Shown: positions 23,545 through 37,395, numbered from the whole stretch's first letter. The stretch: DNA of 61,825 bases, filler included, from Choristocarpus tenellus KU-1152 (GCA_964200185.2; 13 parts of 13 records of this genome joined end to end with filler, not necessarily neighbours in it), one strand, 5' to 3'. The notes: generated by a model from the sequence alone, not told the origin. Program-made: numbers and translations.

Positions 23545-26500
23545 AGAGAAGACAAACCTGTGAAATATTCAAAATCTAAGGGAAAAAAAAGTATTGGACT
23601 TTCTTTTGTTTTGTTTTACATCTCTTTTCTGTAGCGGGTCTGTTTCTATCATGCAAATACCACACGAGTGAACGCACGATTTTTTTTGGCATTGAGACTT
23701 CTGCGTTGGCTGGCCTCAATGGGGAAGATAAGGGTTCCAAGGCGGTCTCGGTCTCCAGCTCCTGACAGGTGTCTCCGTTGAAGCGGAAGAGGTACATGGA
23801 GGGACTTTGCCTCCTCATCATCCAAGATTGATGCAATGCGTGACCCTTGCTTGAAAGCAGAGGGCACCTAGGGATATGGAGAAACAAGAAAGAAGCATGA
23901 CTTAGGTTCAGGTCACAGTTACAATGAGGTTGGTGACTGTTTCAAGGGTGTTTTGAGTTGGCTGGTTTGGACTTGGAAGAAAAATAATTGGGAACAACAC
24001 GGCGAGTACCATCTTGCATTGAGTCAAAGGGCGTGGGTCATTGGAAACAGGATGTAAGGATGTATTAAATCCAAGATGTCATCCGTGGTTCTCTTCCCAT
24101 TATCAGTAAAACACTCAAGTGAAGATGAGTAATGGAACAGTGAATGGACCTGTAACTTGTTCTAGTAATAAGCGAAACGCAGAGTCCCTTCCTTACCTGT
24201 CGTATTCCTTTATTTCTGGGCTGAGTCACCACTTCTTCAGGGCACATTTCGATAAGGTCTCCCATCTTTCTTTCTGGAGATGTAGTGAACATACGCTTAG
24301 TTGAGTGCTTGGCTGAACCTGCAGAATCTGAACCTAATCTACCCTCAATTATTGAGGCTGCATGGATTCCATCCATGGTGTGGTGATAGACCCGCCTTGG
24401 AACATGAAACAGAGCAGCTAGGGGTTGTTTTGTTTCTCGATTCCTCCAGGTGAGACTCTCAACAGGGCCCTCAATTCGTAGAGAGCGCTCCTGATTTATA
24501 TGAGGAATGTTTTATGGGAAGCTGTGTTGATGTTCAAGAACAACCTCCAGTGGGTCTCAATAGACTGTGCAAATTCTGGGCCTTGGTTATTGTTGAACTT
24601 GGTATTAAATCGAATGATACGCACAAAGTTGAAGTGAAACATACATGTATTAATCATACCCCACATTGTTCTATTTGTTGTGAGCATGGTACCACTAACA
24701 GCAAGGCCATTGATAGGCCAATGATTTTGAGGAGATTCCCACCAACCAGGTATTGGGGGGATCAGCCAGGTTACGATGTTGTGAGGTGTATCACCAATAT
24801 ACGAATGTACTAGCTCTAACAGTGTATGTATGGAATACTTCATACCATCATCAGTTTCTTTCACACAGTAGTCATACCAATACCGTTCCACTCACATGGT
24901 ACAGAGATATCCTTCCAATTCTTGTACCCCTCTTTGGTAGAAATATTATGTAGGGGTATACTCACCTTTGAACCACTTCTTACCCTCAACAGGCCAATAT
25001 TCAAGAAATAGGTGAGGTCTGTACAATCATTTTGCACCATACTTGCGAAATATCCAACTCCCTCTCATTTAGATCTACATTCTTTGATCCAGAAGATTGT
25101 AGTTTTTAGAAGTAATTATTCTGTTGATATTAATACTAACAAAACCATCTAAAATTACTTTGGAATACTTTTCAAAGATAGAATAATAAAAAGATATGGA
25201 GACACAGAGATCCTTCAACAAAGGGATTCTACAAATGACCTTTGTCAACCAGCTTGGAGATAGAGGTAAGACAATGGGTGCATTTGGAAACTGATACATT
25301 CTCATTGTGTCAGGAACATACTCCAACCTTTCATTTGTTCAAGTATTGTAGATATTAATATGACTTGAGGGATGGTTCTGATGCTTTGGAAGATCCAAGA
25401 GACATTTTCTAACAGATTCTGACAGATTACACTTTAATGCATACATATTGAATGTTGCTACAATAAGTAAGAAACCTGATGCGACCATCTTTTGCATAAA
25501 CCATTGGTCGATCTCCAAACTGTTTATCAGCCTCTTCAACACATAAAGACTTTTTTCTACTTCTCCTATGCATCATTACATACAACGTTAGCAAAATATC
25601 ACCCATTCTTGTGGACATAATAAAAATAACAATAACAGAAATTATAGTAATGTGTAACCTGTTAAATTACTGATAATACTTCAGGACAGTCGTACATGAT
25701 ATTTGTCATGCGTCGGTTTTTTATTTTGGGGATGAGGGTATTGTGAGGGTCTAAGAGTGTATGAATCCACTTGCCAAAAGATAATGCTATCATAAGTAGT
25801 GCGCATACCAATGTCATGGTATCAAATAACTCACACGGCATTCAGCACTGGTTGGATCTTAGAACCACGAAAGTTGGTGCATTGACCCAAAGCATCTGGG
25901 GGGNNNNNNNNNNNNNNNNNNNNNNNNNNNNNNNNNNNNNNNNNNNNTTAATTAATTAANNNNNNNNNNNNNNNNNNNNNNNNNNNNNNNNNNNNNNNNN
26001 NNNAAAAAAAAACAAAAGAAATACAAAAAAATAAAAAGAAGAGAACTAAAAAAACAAAAGAGAAAGCCCCCTCTTTGAGGGTAGTCATCTGAAAATAACT
26101 AGGGATGTACTTGATTTCTGTCCTTGTTTTTTTTTTTTGATTCAAGTCCATTTCCCTCCGCTCCCTTCCCCCAGTCCCTCTAGTACCACAGGGTCGGTCC
26201 ATCTGTTGGTCGATTGGAAATAGGAAAGGAAATTCAGGGTAGGACTGTAATCAACGTAAGAGTATACTTGGGCATATATAAAAGAGTCTCAATAAATGTG
26301 AAGCAAAAGTAGGATTGACCTAAGAGTTGATAACATTTTGTTTCTCCGAAGTATTGGCAGTTGTGCACTAATTGGGTTCCTTGCTCAGAACAATATTAAG
26401 ATGCCAAATCTTATGACCCAATACTGTCTGTCACCCCATCATCATACGTAAACATGTACTGCATTACAGTCCCACTCCTACCGCAGTAGTTTCACCCACA

Positions 26501-26560
26501 ATATCCATGTATCAGCTCCCAACATGTGGTCCCAATCCCAAACCCTCCCAAATCCTGCTC

Positions 26561-26910
26561 TCACTCCCTCCCTACTTCAGGAAACTTATGAACCCAAAAA
26601 GACAGATTGCTTTTGTACTTTAAAACCACCTCACCCTGCCTCCCTGCTTGGATTTGTGAACCAGTAGCCGACCGTTTGCCAGTGGTACTTGCACTACCAG
26701 AACTGCTGCTGCTGCCTTGTCCCTCCCTGCTTGTACCTTTCCCTTCATCTCCACCACTTCTAGGAACCCTTCGTCCATTTGATGATGCTGCTGATAATGA
26801 GGGGTCCAGCAGGACAGTCCCTTTTCGGAACTCACACAGGACTGGGTACATGAGCTTAAATGCCTCTCTCAGTTGTCTGATGGACTTGCCGCCAGTTAGT
26901 ACAACCTTTT

Positions 26911-26955
<45 letters not shown>

Positions 26956-29388
26956 AAATGACAAGATATGAACAACAAAAAAAGGGAGCGAAGTCGCTGT
27001 TGCATTTGCACTGCTAGGTCTTTCGATGAACGCTAGCAAGCAAACCCCTTGAAAGGTGGTTCTAATAACTTAGGTTGGTAGGAGTACTGGCATACAGCCC
27101 TGACCTCATGTGTGATTCAAATAACTGTAATAGTACCAGTGCTAACACACAACCCAAAATAGTGGGCACTGAAAGCACTGTTTGTTGGGGTTGATACAAT
27201 GCTTGAACCATGAAAAGGCTTGTGACTTGAAAATAGAGTACAAGGGAGCTGACAAAAAAGGAGAGACCAGTGGAGTTCATGCCTTCTCCCTTCCAAGAAA
27301 TAAGTGCCTTTGCATGACACTACTGTGAAGCTCCACAATAAAACAACCCCCCTGAAGATGTATAATAGATCACAAAAGCAGACTAAGAAACAGTAAGCTG
27401 AAAATATAGTGAGATCCAAAAGCTCAATGAGGTGGCAGACAACGCAGGCTACGAACTGTCTGAGGTTACCTTTCCTGACACAAATATCAGCAGGCAGACC
27501 TTGGGTTGCGCCAACCTGTAGATAAGGCCTGGAAACAGTTCCGGCTCATATGAGCAGTACTGGCTGTGGCTTGATGCCACCAGGCCCTCCAGTCGGAGTG
27601 GAAAGCAGACATCAGTAGTTGCCACCATGTTCTGTAGTGTGAATCCTCTGGGGGGTAGAGGGGTTAAGTAGTGGGTGGGTGTCATCTTACATGCAGTCTG
27701 AACAAGGCATGCTAAATTGATTTAATATGTAGGTGCAGTGGTTTTGCGTATATTTTTGGTGGGGCAAATTTCTCATGGGGGAAAATATTGAACAATGCTA
27801 CATCAAGACTGAAGGGATTGAATCAACTCCAACAAGTATTGCAAATTGGGCTTGGGGCACACTAGAAATGTCTACTCTATGAGGTGATACAGCAGGCTGA
27901 AAGAAATTCCCCCAAGTGACCTGGTAATTCCACAGATTGGCTTTGCTAACAATGATACCAGCCCCCCATACTAATTCACAACACCAGGTTCTGGTTATTG
28001 AAATAATATCTTTCTCCCACCTGAGAATGATCTGTGACACTGGCCATGTGTACGTAACTGTCAACTTCAACCCCAAGACATTCTGCAACCCAATCGATCC
28101 CTGCAACACATATTCTGGAGTAGACCAATGGACAAACCTCAATGTGGAAGCTCGACTTGACCACACGAGAAACAAGGTCTGACCAGGCATGAGGCCTACA
28201 TTGTCTCTGCCAATTCTATCCCCACTCAACCAACCATCAGTCTGCCTGTTCTTTGCATACCCGCAATAAATGTGACTGTAGTCGCTCCCACAAGAGCTCA
28301 TTTTTTGTCACGTTTGAGAGGGAAAGAACAGAGCCCTCCCTCCCCTTTCCCATCCCTCCAAAGGACAGAGTCTGGGGGAAGGTCTCACTCAAAGTTTACA
28401 GCGTTCCCAAGCTTCCCAATAATCTTGCAAAACATCTTGCTGGCCGACAGCGAAACAGTCTCTGACTTTGACCCAGTCACTACCATTTTTCCAGAGCTGA
28501 ATACCAGTGCCGTGGCCTTCGGTTCGTTCAGTCGAATCACCTGGAAATGCCCAAGAGGCAGTTGTACCACATTAGGAAAGAGGTTAAAGGTGGGGAGGAG
28601 GTTGGTTTAGTCTCATTTCGGAAGTGTGATGCATGCCTAGTGGATAAAACAGGTTGAGCATGTGCATGTTTTGGTGAAAGGTTGACGAAGACTAATGCCG
28701 ATCGGTGATGGGAGATGTCGCACAAGCGGGAGGATTTGTGAGTCTCCACCAGACGTGCTTGAGAATAATCTGTCCCCATGAGTCCCAGTGATTGGTGGTT
28801 CTGAGTACACCAAGGCCCATGGGGACGCAAAGATGCCAAGTTGAGTGCACAGTTTCTAGCGGTGAAACGATCTGGAAGCTATCAGAGCGCTATAGAGGAT
28901 GCCTGGGAAGAGTAGTGTGGGTGGGAGGGATGTACCATTCCCTCTCTATATGCTGGACTAAATACGGGGAACGAGGCATAGCTAGACTCTTTTAGCCGGG
29001 TAATCTGCATCCACCAGTAGGTGCGAATTCAAGCCATATCATTCTCATTTCTAGATATCGTAAGGGTTAGCGATTAAACCACCAAAACACTCACACATGC
29101 TGAGAAACGCTTGGGGTTGTACTCCGCGTTACGAGCCCTCATCACGATGTTTTTCAGGTCTAGTTTACAGTTCACACTGCAGGTTGCTGTCACGTTCACA
29201 AGCTTAAGTGTACATCCACCCGCGTCATCCATTGGCCCCAGGAAGTCATCCGCCTCAGGAGGTGTGATTATAGTCCCTCCAGTTTGAAACCCTTCTCGTT
29301 GATCAATCGTGGCCCTCGATTCAGAGTCGTTCTCCAACCTCGAATTGGAGTCCGAACCTGGATGAACGCTTGATCCTTGAGACGGCAT
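26561..29388 (-). CDS. TBP: TATA-binding protein (divergent, ~322 aa); exons 29388-29095, 28540-28389, 27647-27470, 26905-26561
   Basis: [63 protein letters not shown]; all introns are GT-AG and in phase. Confidence 0.93.
26911..26953 (+). repeat. (TG)n microsatellite at a TBP intron 3' end
   Basis: Direct observation. Confidence 0.95.
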
Positions 29389-31329
29389 TGTTTATACTTG
29401 CACAGTGCTTCCCTTCGTCGCCCAGTGGGACTGGGTTGTGGGGAGTCTGATGATGGATGTGGTCTTAAGTTTGTCGTTGGTGAGATATGTCCAACCCTAA
29501 CACTGGGGTTTTAGCGAGATGAGTGAGAAGGAGATGTTAACAAAATGTGGTTTGAAAAACTTCCATATTAATACTAACATAACTCAACATATTAATAATA
29601 TCTGAGATGTTGGGGTTATCTATGTAAAAAACCCCTCAAACCACTCAATCAAGGGTCTGATAGAAAAAAGTTACCTACTACGACTTTATGTCGCAACACA
29701 TACAATGTAAGTAGTATACTCACCCAACACAAGTGACATGACCTCCAAGGCATTTTTTGCCACCAGGGAAGCTCCCACAGACAACCACGTCAAAAAAAGA
29801 GGAGAAACAACATCAAGGGGCGGGGTAACACTTGATTGATCGAGTGGTGCTTGTGGGGCATATTACTATGCTCCTACTGATGATGTGGACATTGTGTCCA
29901 GTACCAAGACCCAAGGAAGTAGGTATGGGCAGGATAACGATAGTAAGTTGTTATTACTTCCTAGAAGTAGTAGTTGTAAATAAAGAAGGTGACCAGGTCA
30001 TCCAGGCTGACCGTGTTGGAGTTGAAGATGGGGACCTTCATGTAGGTCATATTGATTTGGCCTCCCATCAAGGCTGTAGACATTATTTTATGCAGATCCG
30101 GGCATTGATTGGGCCAGTACTATCAGCAGACTGACGACACGGAAGTTTAATTTCCCTGGAGACACGTCATCAATAGTACTAGCGATGAAATTGCTATTAA
30201 CACTGAGAACAGTCAATGGGTCCAAAAAGTCTGAGGTTATTTTCTCTGAGTAAGTACAACCAACGTTTTAAGATTGAACCATAGATGATAGGGAGGTGTA
30301 ACACTTTAGGAGCTTAGTATTTTCATGTTTTAAAAGTAAACGATGAAGTACTTGAGGTGCTATTGTAATATATATTACTACCTCCGTGCCATAAGTCTGT
30401 GCCACGTTGTCCATAACCTTTGAATATTGATAAAATTCTTTTCTGAAAGAAGATTTGGAATCCTCGACGAATTTCTGGTTAGGGTCGGCTCTTATTTTTT
30501 TATTATTCCCCATCCATCACAATTTTATCAGCCACAGAAAAAGTCTCCATGTCTACCTTCGGCATGTTTTCAAGCTCACCAGACAACCGCCCCTTCCTTA
30601 CCCCTGTGTGCTCCACACTGAAGTCATCCCCCCCTTTGTATCTAAGTACTTGATTGTACACCACAAAAAGGAGCTGCCAAGNNNNNNNNNNNNNNNNNNN
30701 NNNNNNNNNNNNNNNNNNNNNNNNNTTAATTAATTAANNNNNNNNNNNNNNNNNNNNNNNNNNNNNNNNNNNNNNNNNNNNGGGAGGGCGGGGGGAGGGG
30801 GGGGTGATGTGTTGTGTCAAAACATGAGGGTCACCCTGGTTAGCGTTCTGAAATGATCTCAATTCTTACCTCGATTGAAAGGGAAAAGAATTTGGTGCTG
30901 TGATACCAGCAGTTCTTATAAAAAAAAAAAAGAGGAAGAACCCAAACACTTACAGCCAAGAAATGAGCCCATTTACACCAAAACAAGCCAAAAAATTGCT
31001 CCTCTAAACCATCAGAAAAATGACACACATACCCTAACCCTAACCCTGGCGTAAACACAAGGAGTCCCAAAGCCTGAGTCCTCTAATGCAGAACTCTGGT
31101 GCATCTAATCAATGCTGCTCATATGTGCCAACATCCCCCTCTCTAACCCTAACCCTAACCCTAACCCTAACCCCAGGGACATGTCCTTCTGAGCTTCAAA
31201 CACTACCACTGGGCATTTTCTCTAAATCCAAAGTAGGAGCTACATAGAAATGAGCAGGCAGGAAAAGAGGATTCTCAGGGGGGTTAGGGGGCAGGGGAGT
31301 GGGGAGTTGGGGGAGGGGGAGGGGGGGTA

Positions 31330-32853
31330 CGGAGGAATGTTGTGAAACTGATATCTTCCTGTTCCCAGTATGCTATTTCTGTTGAGGTATTGACCTTGCT
31401 TGACTTGAGGAAGCCCTCCTCATTAGCGAAGACCTTCTCCGATAGGATGTCACTGACAGGGTCTACACGTCCACGAGGGAGAGTGGTTGCGTTGGTGAGC
31501 TTGCGCATGCTGGCCTTCATGATGAAGGCCCTCTGTTCCTCATCAGACATACCAAGCTCATTGGCAATGCCATCTAGCTCCTGGATCATTTTATCAGCGG
31601 ATGGAAAGCAATGCCGGCAGGGAGCATCGTGCATGATACCCAAGTGATCGCACAAGTTTCTCGCCAAGTACACAGTCAGGTTAGTCTCCGCAAGATCACT
31701 ATTTTGTCCGACTTTTCTAAAAAGGAACAACGGTTGTAGGAGGCCCTTTCACGGCAAATGTTTCCACTCAGCAATTCCCCATGTTAGTGGGAGGGCGGGC
31801 GGGGGGAAAGGCACATGTTTTTGGCATTATATTGGATACTACGTTCTTCATTCGTACAGTACTTACGTGCATTTCAGCTATTACTGAAACGGATAAAGGA
31901 CATCCCCTGCTAAATTAGAATACTCTTTCTATCGATAGTATACATCGCAGCCGTCCAAAAGAACTTGGTCTTGGAGAGTGATTTGGAGAGTGATACATAG
32001 ATAGAGGTGTGTATAGTATGAAGGATCGTTTACATCGACAAACGGTCGTAAGTTGAACGCAAAGAGAAACCGATTTGCCATCAACAAGCAAGAGAAGGCA
32101 TACAGGCTGCAACAAATCATCAGAGTGTGGGCCAACAACAAAGATCTTGATGGTCTGTCAATCGAGAAACAAGATCCAGTTCATGCTCCTGGCTTGCACT
32201 GTTCTCTCTAGGTGGGGGCGCCGTACAACGTTGCAGACTCGCAGGCACGCATCAAAACCAGGGGCAGCAACATCAAAACAAATTTATACGTTACACAGGA
32301 GTAGCTTCAACTGTTTTCATTCTTCATCTTGTTCACCCTTTTGCGGTAAGAAGTAGTAGGGCATCTAATCTCCCCACTTTGCCTCCAACGTCCACAATCC
32401 GACTCATTCAGCATTTATGCTCACCTCGAAGCTCATGTCCTCCATGGGCTTCTTCTTCTCGATCAGTTTCTTCAGACCCTGCCCTTCTTTCCCCAACGTC
32501 CCCAACGATTCCTCCATCTTACGCTCCTTTATCTCACGGGCCTTGACGGGATTGAACATGGTACTTTCCAAAAAACCCTTTTCGTGGCCCAGTACAAGCA
32601 TTCTCTGCTCCTCTGCCGTCATTGGAATTGAAGTCGGTTCTTCATTAGGGATGGCTTCTGTAGACCCATAGTGATCAGTCGAAGAAGAGGCATTCAAAAC
32701 GGCTTTACAGCATCGAGATGGAGAGATTCTTGGAGTGAGATTCTCTGCTACTTGTCTGTGTGTGGAGAAAGGCTGTGCCAACAGCAACAGAGAATCCCCT
32801 CGATCCTGCCCCAACAAGAGTAAGAACACAGCAGTGATGGATAATGTCCTCAT
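31330..32853 (-). CDS. Hypothetical protein with N-terminal signal peptide (multi-exon, 3' end not resolved)
   Basis: ATG 32853 MRTLSITAVFLLLLG; exon 1 ends gag|gtgagc at 32425; long open exon ~31716-31330; middle exons uncertain. Confidence 0.55.
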
Positions 32854-33078
32854 CACTTTCACAAAGCCCAGAGAGAGTGAGCAAGTCAACAGTCAGTAGT
32901 AGGGGTCGAAAATCATGGTAGTATAGGGTTGGATGTGTTGTTAGGTTTGGCTGGGCACCCTGGGGCGGTCATCGTAGCGCCACGAGGATGAGAGTGCGAA
33001 GAAAATACCTCATGTTCAACAAGCCAAGTCCTCCAACACCCTGCACTTTTCAGCGCGTCCCTCACAGTTCTTACTACC

Positions 33079-33619
33079 ATGCCGAAGCAAGAAAATATGT
33101 CTGCAGAGGCTGTGGTTCGAGCATCGACCTCCTTACCCACTGCACTTTTTGCTGGGGCTGTGAGCGTGCCACTCAACGAAGAAGCAAAAATGTTGGTAAC
33201 TGAGCTCGACCCAAAGATGGCTAAAATACGTAACGATGTTGCGGCCACGCTTGAATTGTGTCACGACGGCAACAAACCGGACGTTGAGAAACTTGACCAG
33301 GACATCAAATCCTTGAAGAGAGAAAGTAAGCACTAGTTAACTTGTAATCGCCTGCTATCGTCTTGATTACTCCATGTCCGCCTCGCCACAATGTCCAGTC
33401 CCAATCAACCACCCAACAACCTCCCCGTGAACGTACGCAACCGTCACCTCTGCTCGTAACCCTCTCACTGAACCAGCACAACTGATCCAAGAAATAGTGG
33501 TGGGTGTTTTGAGTGGCGCTGTTACACGATAGCAATGACTCCCAAGGAACAGGTACACACACACAATTGTTGTGATTTTCTTGGTCCATTCAGGGAATGT
33601 AAGGGATGCACGTCGTTAG
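33079..33619 (+). CDS. Short hypothetical coiled-coil protein, divergently oriented from the preceding gene
   Basis: ORF MPKQENMS...DIKSLKRE followed by a gtaagc donor; candidate acceptor ttcag at ~33593. Confidence 0.4.
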
Positions 33620-36600
33620 TATAGGTGATATGGTGGAATACAGGGATATCAAAGAGAACACCTTGCTTGGTACCAAACGATTTCAAGGTTCTTCTCAGTG
33701 GCATCAGGAGAAACAGGGATTCGCAACATCAGTCGGTGTAGTATGTATCCCTTGTTTCTACGTTTTACTTGTCATTTGTCTACATTTTGTGTTTGATTAC
33801 GCCCAATCACCCATGCTCACTGCGATATCTCTTAACCCACGCTGTGTAAACTTCCTCCACTCCCCTCCAGTATCTCCTTCGGAGAAGCGGGGTACAAGTT
33901 GAGCTAGGAAACCTCTACCTGTTCATACCTTACTGACCTGTCCCACACTGTCACAGGTATAGTCTTCAGTCTTTCTCTGTTCGGCAAGGTGTTTACCTGA
34001 GTCGAGATACTACTGGAGGGTGCATGCAGCGGATCTGAATGCGCCATTGGAGCTCTAGTGTCCTAATGTTGCCTGCTGTGCTTCTACAAATCATTGGACA
34101 TGTATAATTGCCTCAAGCTGGAAATAGATTAGACCAATCAGATAGTCACCCCTTATCAATAAAGTGGTTAATTGGGAACGGACCTTTATCTGAACTAAAA
34201 AAGAGACATGCTGCACCACCCCTTCCCCTCTGTACTTTACATAGAGCTGCTTGATGGATGATAATGCTGCCATGTAGGGCACGCTATAGCCTCCCCTCCC
34301 TCCTCTCTTCTCAGTTGCATTGTTTGTTGCATCCAAGACCTCTGATTGGGAGAGCATTTGTGTCAAGATGTTCACCATGAATGATACACTTCCAGTAGCT
34401 TAGCATTGTATGTTTTTTTCGTTTGGTCTTGGAAAGCTGCCACAAAAGAATCGTCTAGATGATGTGGGGAGTGGACAGGGCATAGAGGAACGTCCCCCAG
34501 ATTACCCACTATTGACAACGAAGTCATTGCCACCATCACATACACATGACACCAGTCATAATCTCCAAGACCATGCTGCTGAACCCTGCTGGCCAAGGCA
34601 TATGTGGATGCAGCAATCCATGAATACTTTGCAAACCCAGCTTGATGCCAGCAGCTGAGTGTGAGACCACTGGGACCACTATGCATCATGCATCCGTTGA
34701 ATTTAACCTTAGTGGCTTGTTAGACCTCTATCATTAATGAAATTGCAAGCTAAATTTGACCTATACAGGATCAGGTGTTAATTCTAGACAAGACACACAC
34801 TGCCCTTGTTTACTTTGTGTTCTATCAAGTTAGAGAGAGATTCACTGGAAAGAGGTGTATTACGAAACAAAGTACAAACCGAGGGCCTAGTTGGTTGTGT
34901 AGTGTTGGTACTTCAACAAGTGATAGAACAGAGGGCAGTATGGAGATTGTTGGTGATATGGAAACATCAGAAGCACGATTAGGATTCACCTCTATTCAAA
35001 AAGAATGATGACTCAGCAGTGTCAGAATGCCTTTATGCAAGATATGCAAGAGCCACCAGGTTGATTCGCATAGGTCCAATGCACTGCACAGTGCGACAAT
35101 TCATCCCTAACCCTATGCATGAGTCCGAAGTTCGGAGGCTAAACTTCTCAGGGAGGACTTGCCAAACCTAAAATTATTAGTGTTGGTGGCAAATCTATGC
35201 ATCTCACGAGCTTTTGCCTGTGTATCCTTGCCCTCATACAAAGAAAGGATTCCCTCGATCGATTGTCAGTCCAGAAGAGTTTAGTCTCCACGTACAAATT
35301 TAACCATCTAGTACACTCGTCCGGAGTCCATTGTACGGCATTTATCATTGAAGGCAAGAAACCAACAAATACTCAGTGGGTGTCGAACCATCTCCGATAT
35401 ATCTCTGAACAAAACACTGGGGCGCAAGACCATCCCTCTGAGGGAGTCAGCAATGTGATTCGTTCGTAATACTTCAATCACACCATGTAACCACAAAGGT
35501 GGGTGATAATTTCTAGAACAAACACCCTCGTGGAACACCAGCATAATGGGAAATGATTCCCACCAAGGAAGTAGAGTGGACTGTATCTCAACTTCCCACA
35601 GCATACTGAACCGCAGTCACACTGCCTGATTACTGCTTTATGCCTCGACAGTCACAACAATGCAAAGCAAAGCAACAACAGGTCGTGCAATAGAGATTTG
35701 AACATGTGTTGCTCTTACTACCCTCCCCCCCCCATGATACACTCCAACACAGAGAGAAAAGGAGTAAAGGGCTGTGCAAAAGTAGTCTCCATCAAGACCA
35801 CAAACAGGTGTGCTAACCCTAACCCTTTGTGTCCATACCGAAAATAATGACACCGGTGGAATAATCAACTAAGAAACGAGACTCAAATATCCAAAGTCTT
35901 CGATTAGTGGACCCAACCTTCTCTTTATTACTGCCAAGGTCGTTGAGCTCTCATGTTTACAACGTGGATCTTACAGGTGAGTTGTTTTCAAGCAACTTAG
36001 TCACCAACAGGACCACTTCTAAAGAGGAAAGGTATGTAGTTCATTGAAAATTTACATTAGCTGACATGCAGCCACTTCTGCTGAATACTTCAACAAGAGT
36101 TCTCCAGGTCCTGTGCCTCAGCCAGTAGGGATAATGAGACTATAATCCGTGGAGCATGAGGACATCGAACAATAACCCACACTTGTCCAAAACCAGAGAT
36201 CTTGCTCTCTGCATCCTCCCATGCAACGTCAATCAGCATCTCCTCCTGTCCTTCGCTCCAGTGCTGCATAATGGGTTAACATATAAGCAAGAAAATGAAA
36301 AAAAAGGCGGCGAACGACCAACAATCGGTGGGGAGGTTAATGGCGTGAAAATCGAATTATTGTTCAGCAAGAAGCCTTACACCAGGATCAAGAGATGGAC
36401 CTGGCCAAGGGGAAAGGCTGCAGCAGATTCTTACACATGCTACATGTGAAGAGATTGCTGCAGCAATAGGACTGTACTATGCATTACTACCGTTGAGATA
36501 AGAAGGTGTGGTCGGACTCGTCAGAAACTATATGCTGAGATAAAAAGCAAGGGGGAAATAAACTGTTGAACTTCAATTAATGCATTAAATGGAACACTGG

Positions 36601-37010
36601 ATTTGCAGCGGGAGGGTCATGAACAGCGGAAAGCGAAGGCACACGAGCGTTCATGAGAAGAAATAATCCCATTCTCTCTTTTCTGTTACATAAGTCTGTG
36701 ATCCACTGTCGATAAAATTCGAAAAATATAGTATGTTGGGTCAAGTAGGAGTAGTGTGTATTCTCATTATGAATATTACGTAGTGGGCCGTGGTAATGGG
36801 GTTACTTGACACCTAATTGATGTGGAATTTTTTGTTCGAATCCACTCTGGGGGAAGAGGATTGAATCGCAGTAACAAAAACACAGTCCTTTGCTCATACG
36901 TGCGAAGACTCGAGCTTTCTATCAATTCCCTGGTTGCCACAGAAGGTGTTGAGCTTGACCCGAAAATACGACAGAAAGCGAGTTTGAAAATAGAATCCAT
37001 ATTCCCTACA

Positions 37011-37395
37011 TCATTTTCCCACTAAGATAAAATGATGAGAAGCGAGTATTGGAGCGTGAGATCCAGTCAACAGGATGGATCAGACAATCTACTTGCCCTG
37101 ACCCAAGCCACAATCTAAGGAAGAGTCAAGGCGATTTCTGACAAGGAATGCAGAGGTCGATTGGCGAAGGAGGATCATGACCTACAAGCAACTATTTTCA
37201 CTGACCGTTGTAGTTGAGGAGCTTCTCGATCAAGTCGACGTGCGTGAGCACCATCCTTCGACAGCAGTATCGCTTGAGCCCTAACTCGTCGAGAGCATCC
37301 CCCTCATTGAAGTCCGCCTGAAGGAGGCTAAGGTACGTCTCCCACTTGTTACCGATCACTTTTCCGCAGGTGAAGCATCTCACCGGGATGATCAT
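37011..37395 (-). CDS. RPB10: RNA polymerase I/II/III subunit RPB10 (RPABC5); exon 37395-37206 plus probable tiny exon 37021-37011
   Basis: [15 protein letters not shown]...[26 protein letters not shown] is the canonical RPB10 sequence. Confidence 0.97.

Noticed and set aside
26561-37395. TBP and RPB10 as a transcription gene cluster
   Set aside because: They lie on different contigs separated by a spacer, so the adjacency is artificial
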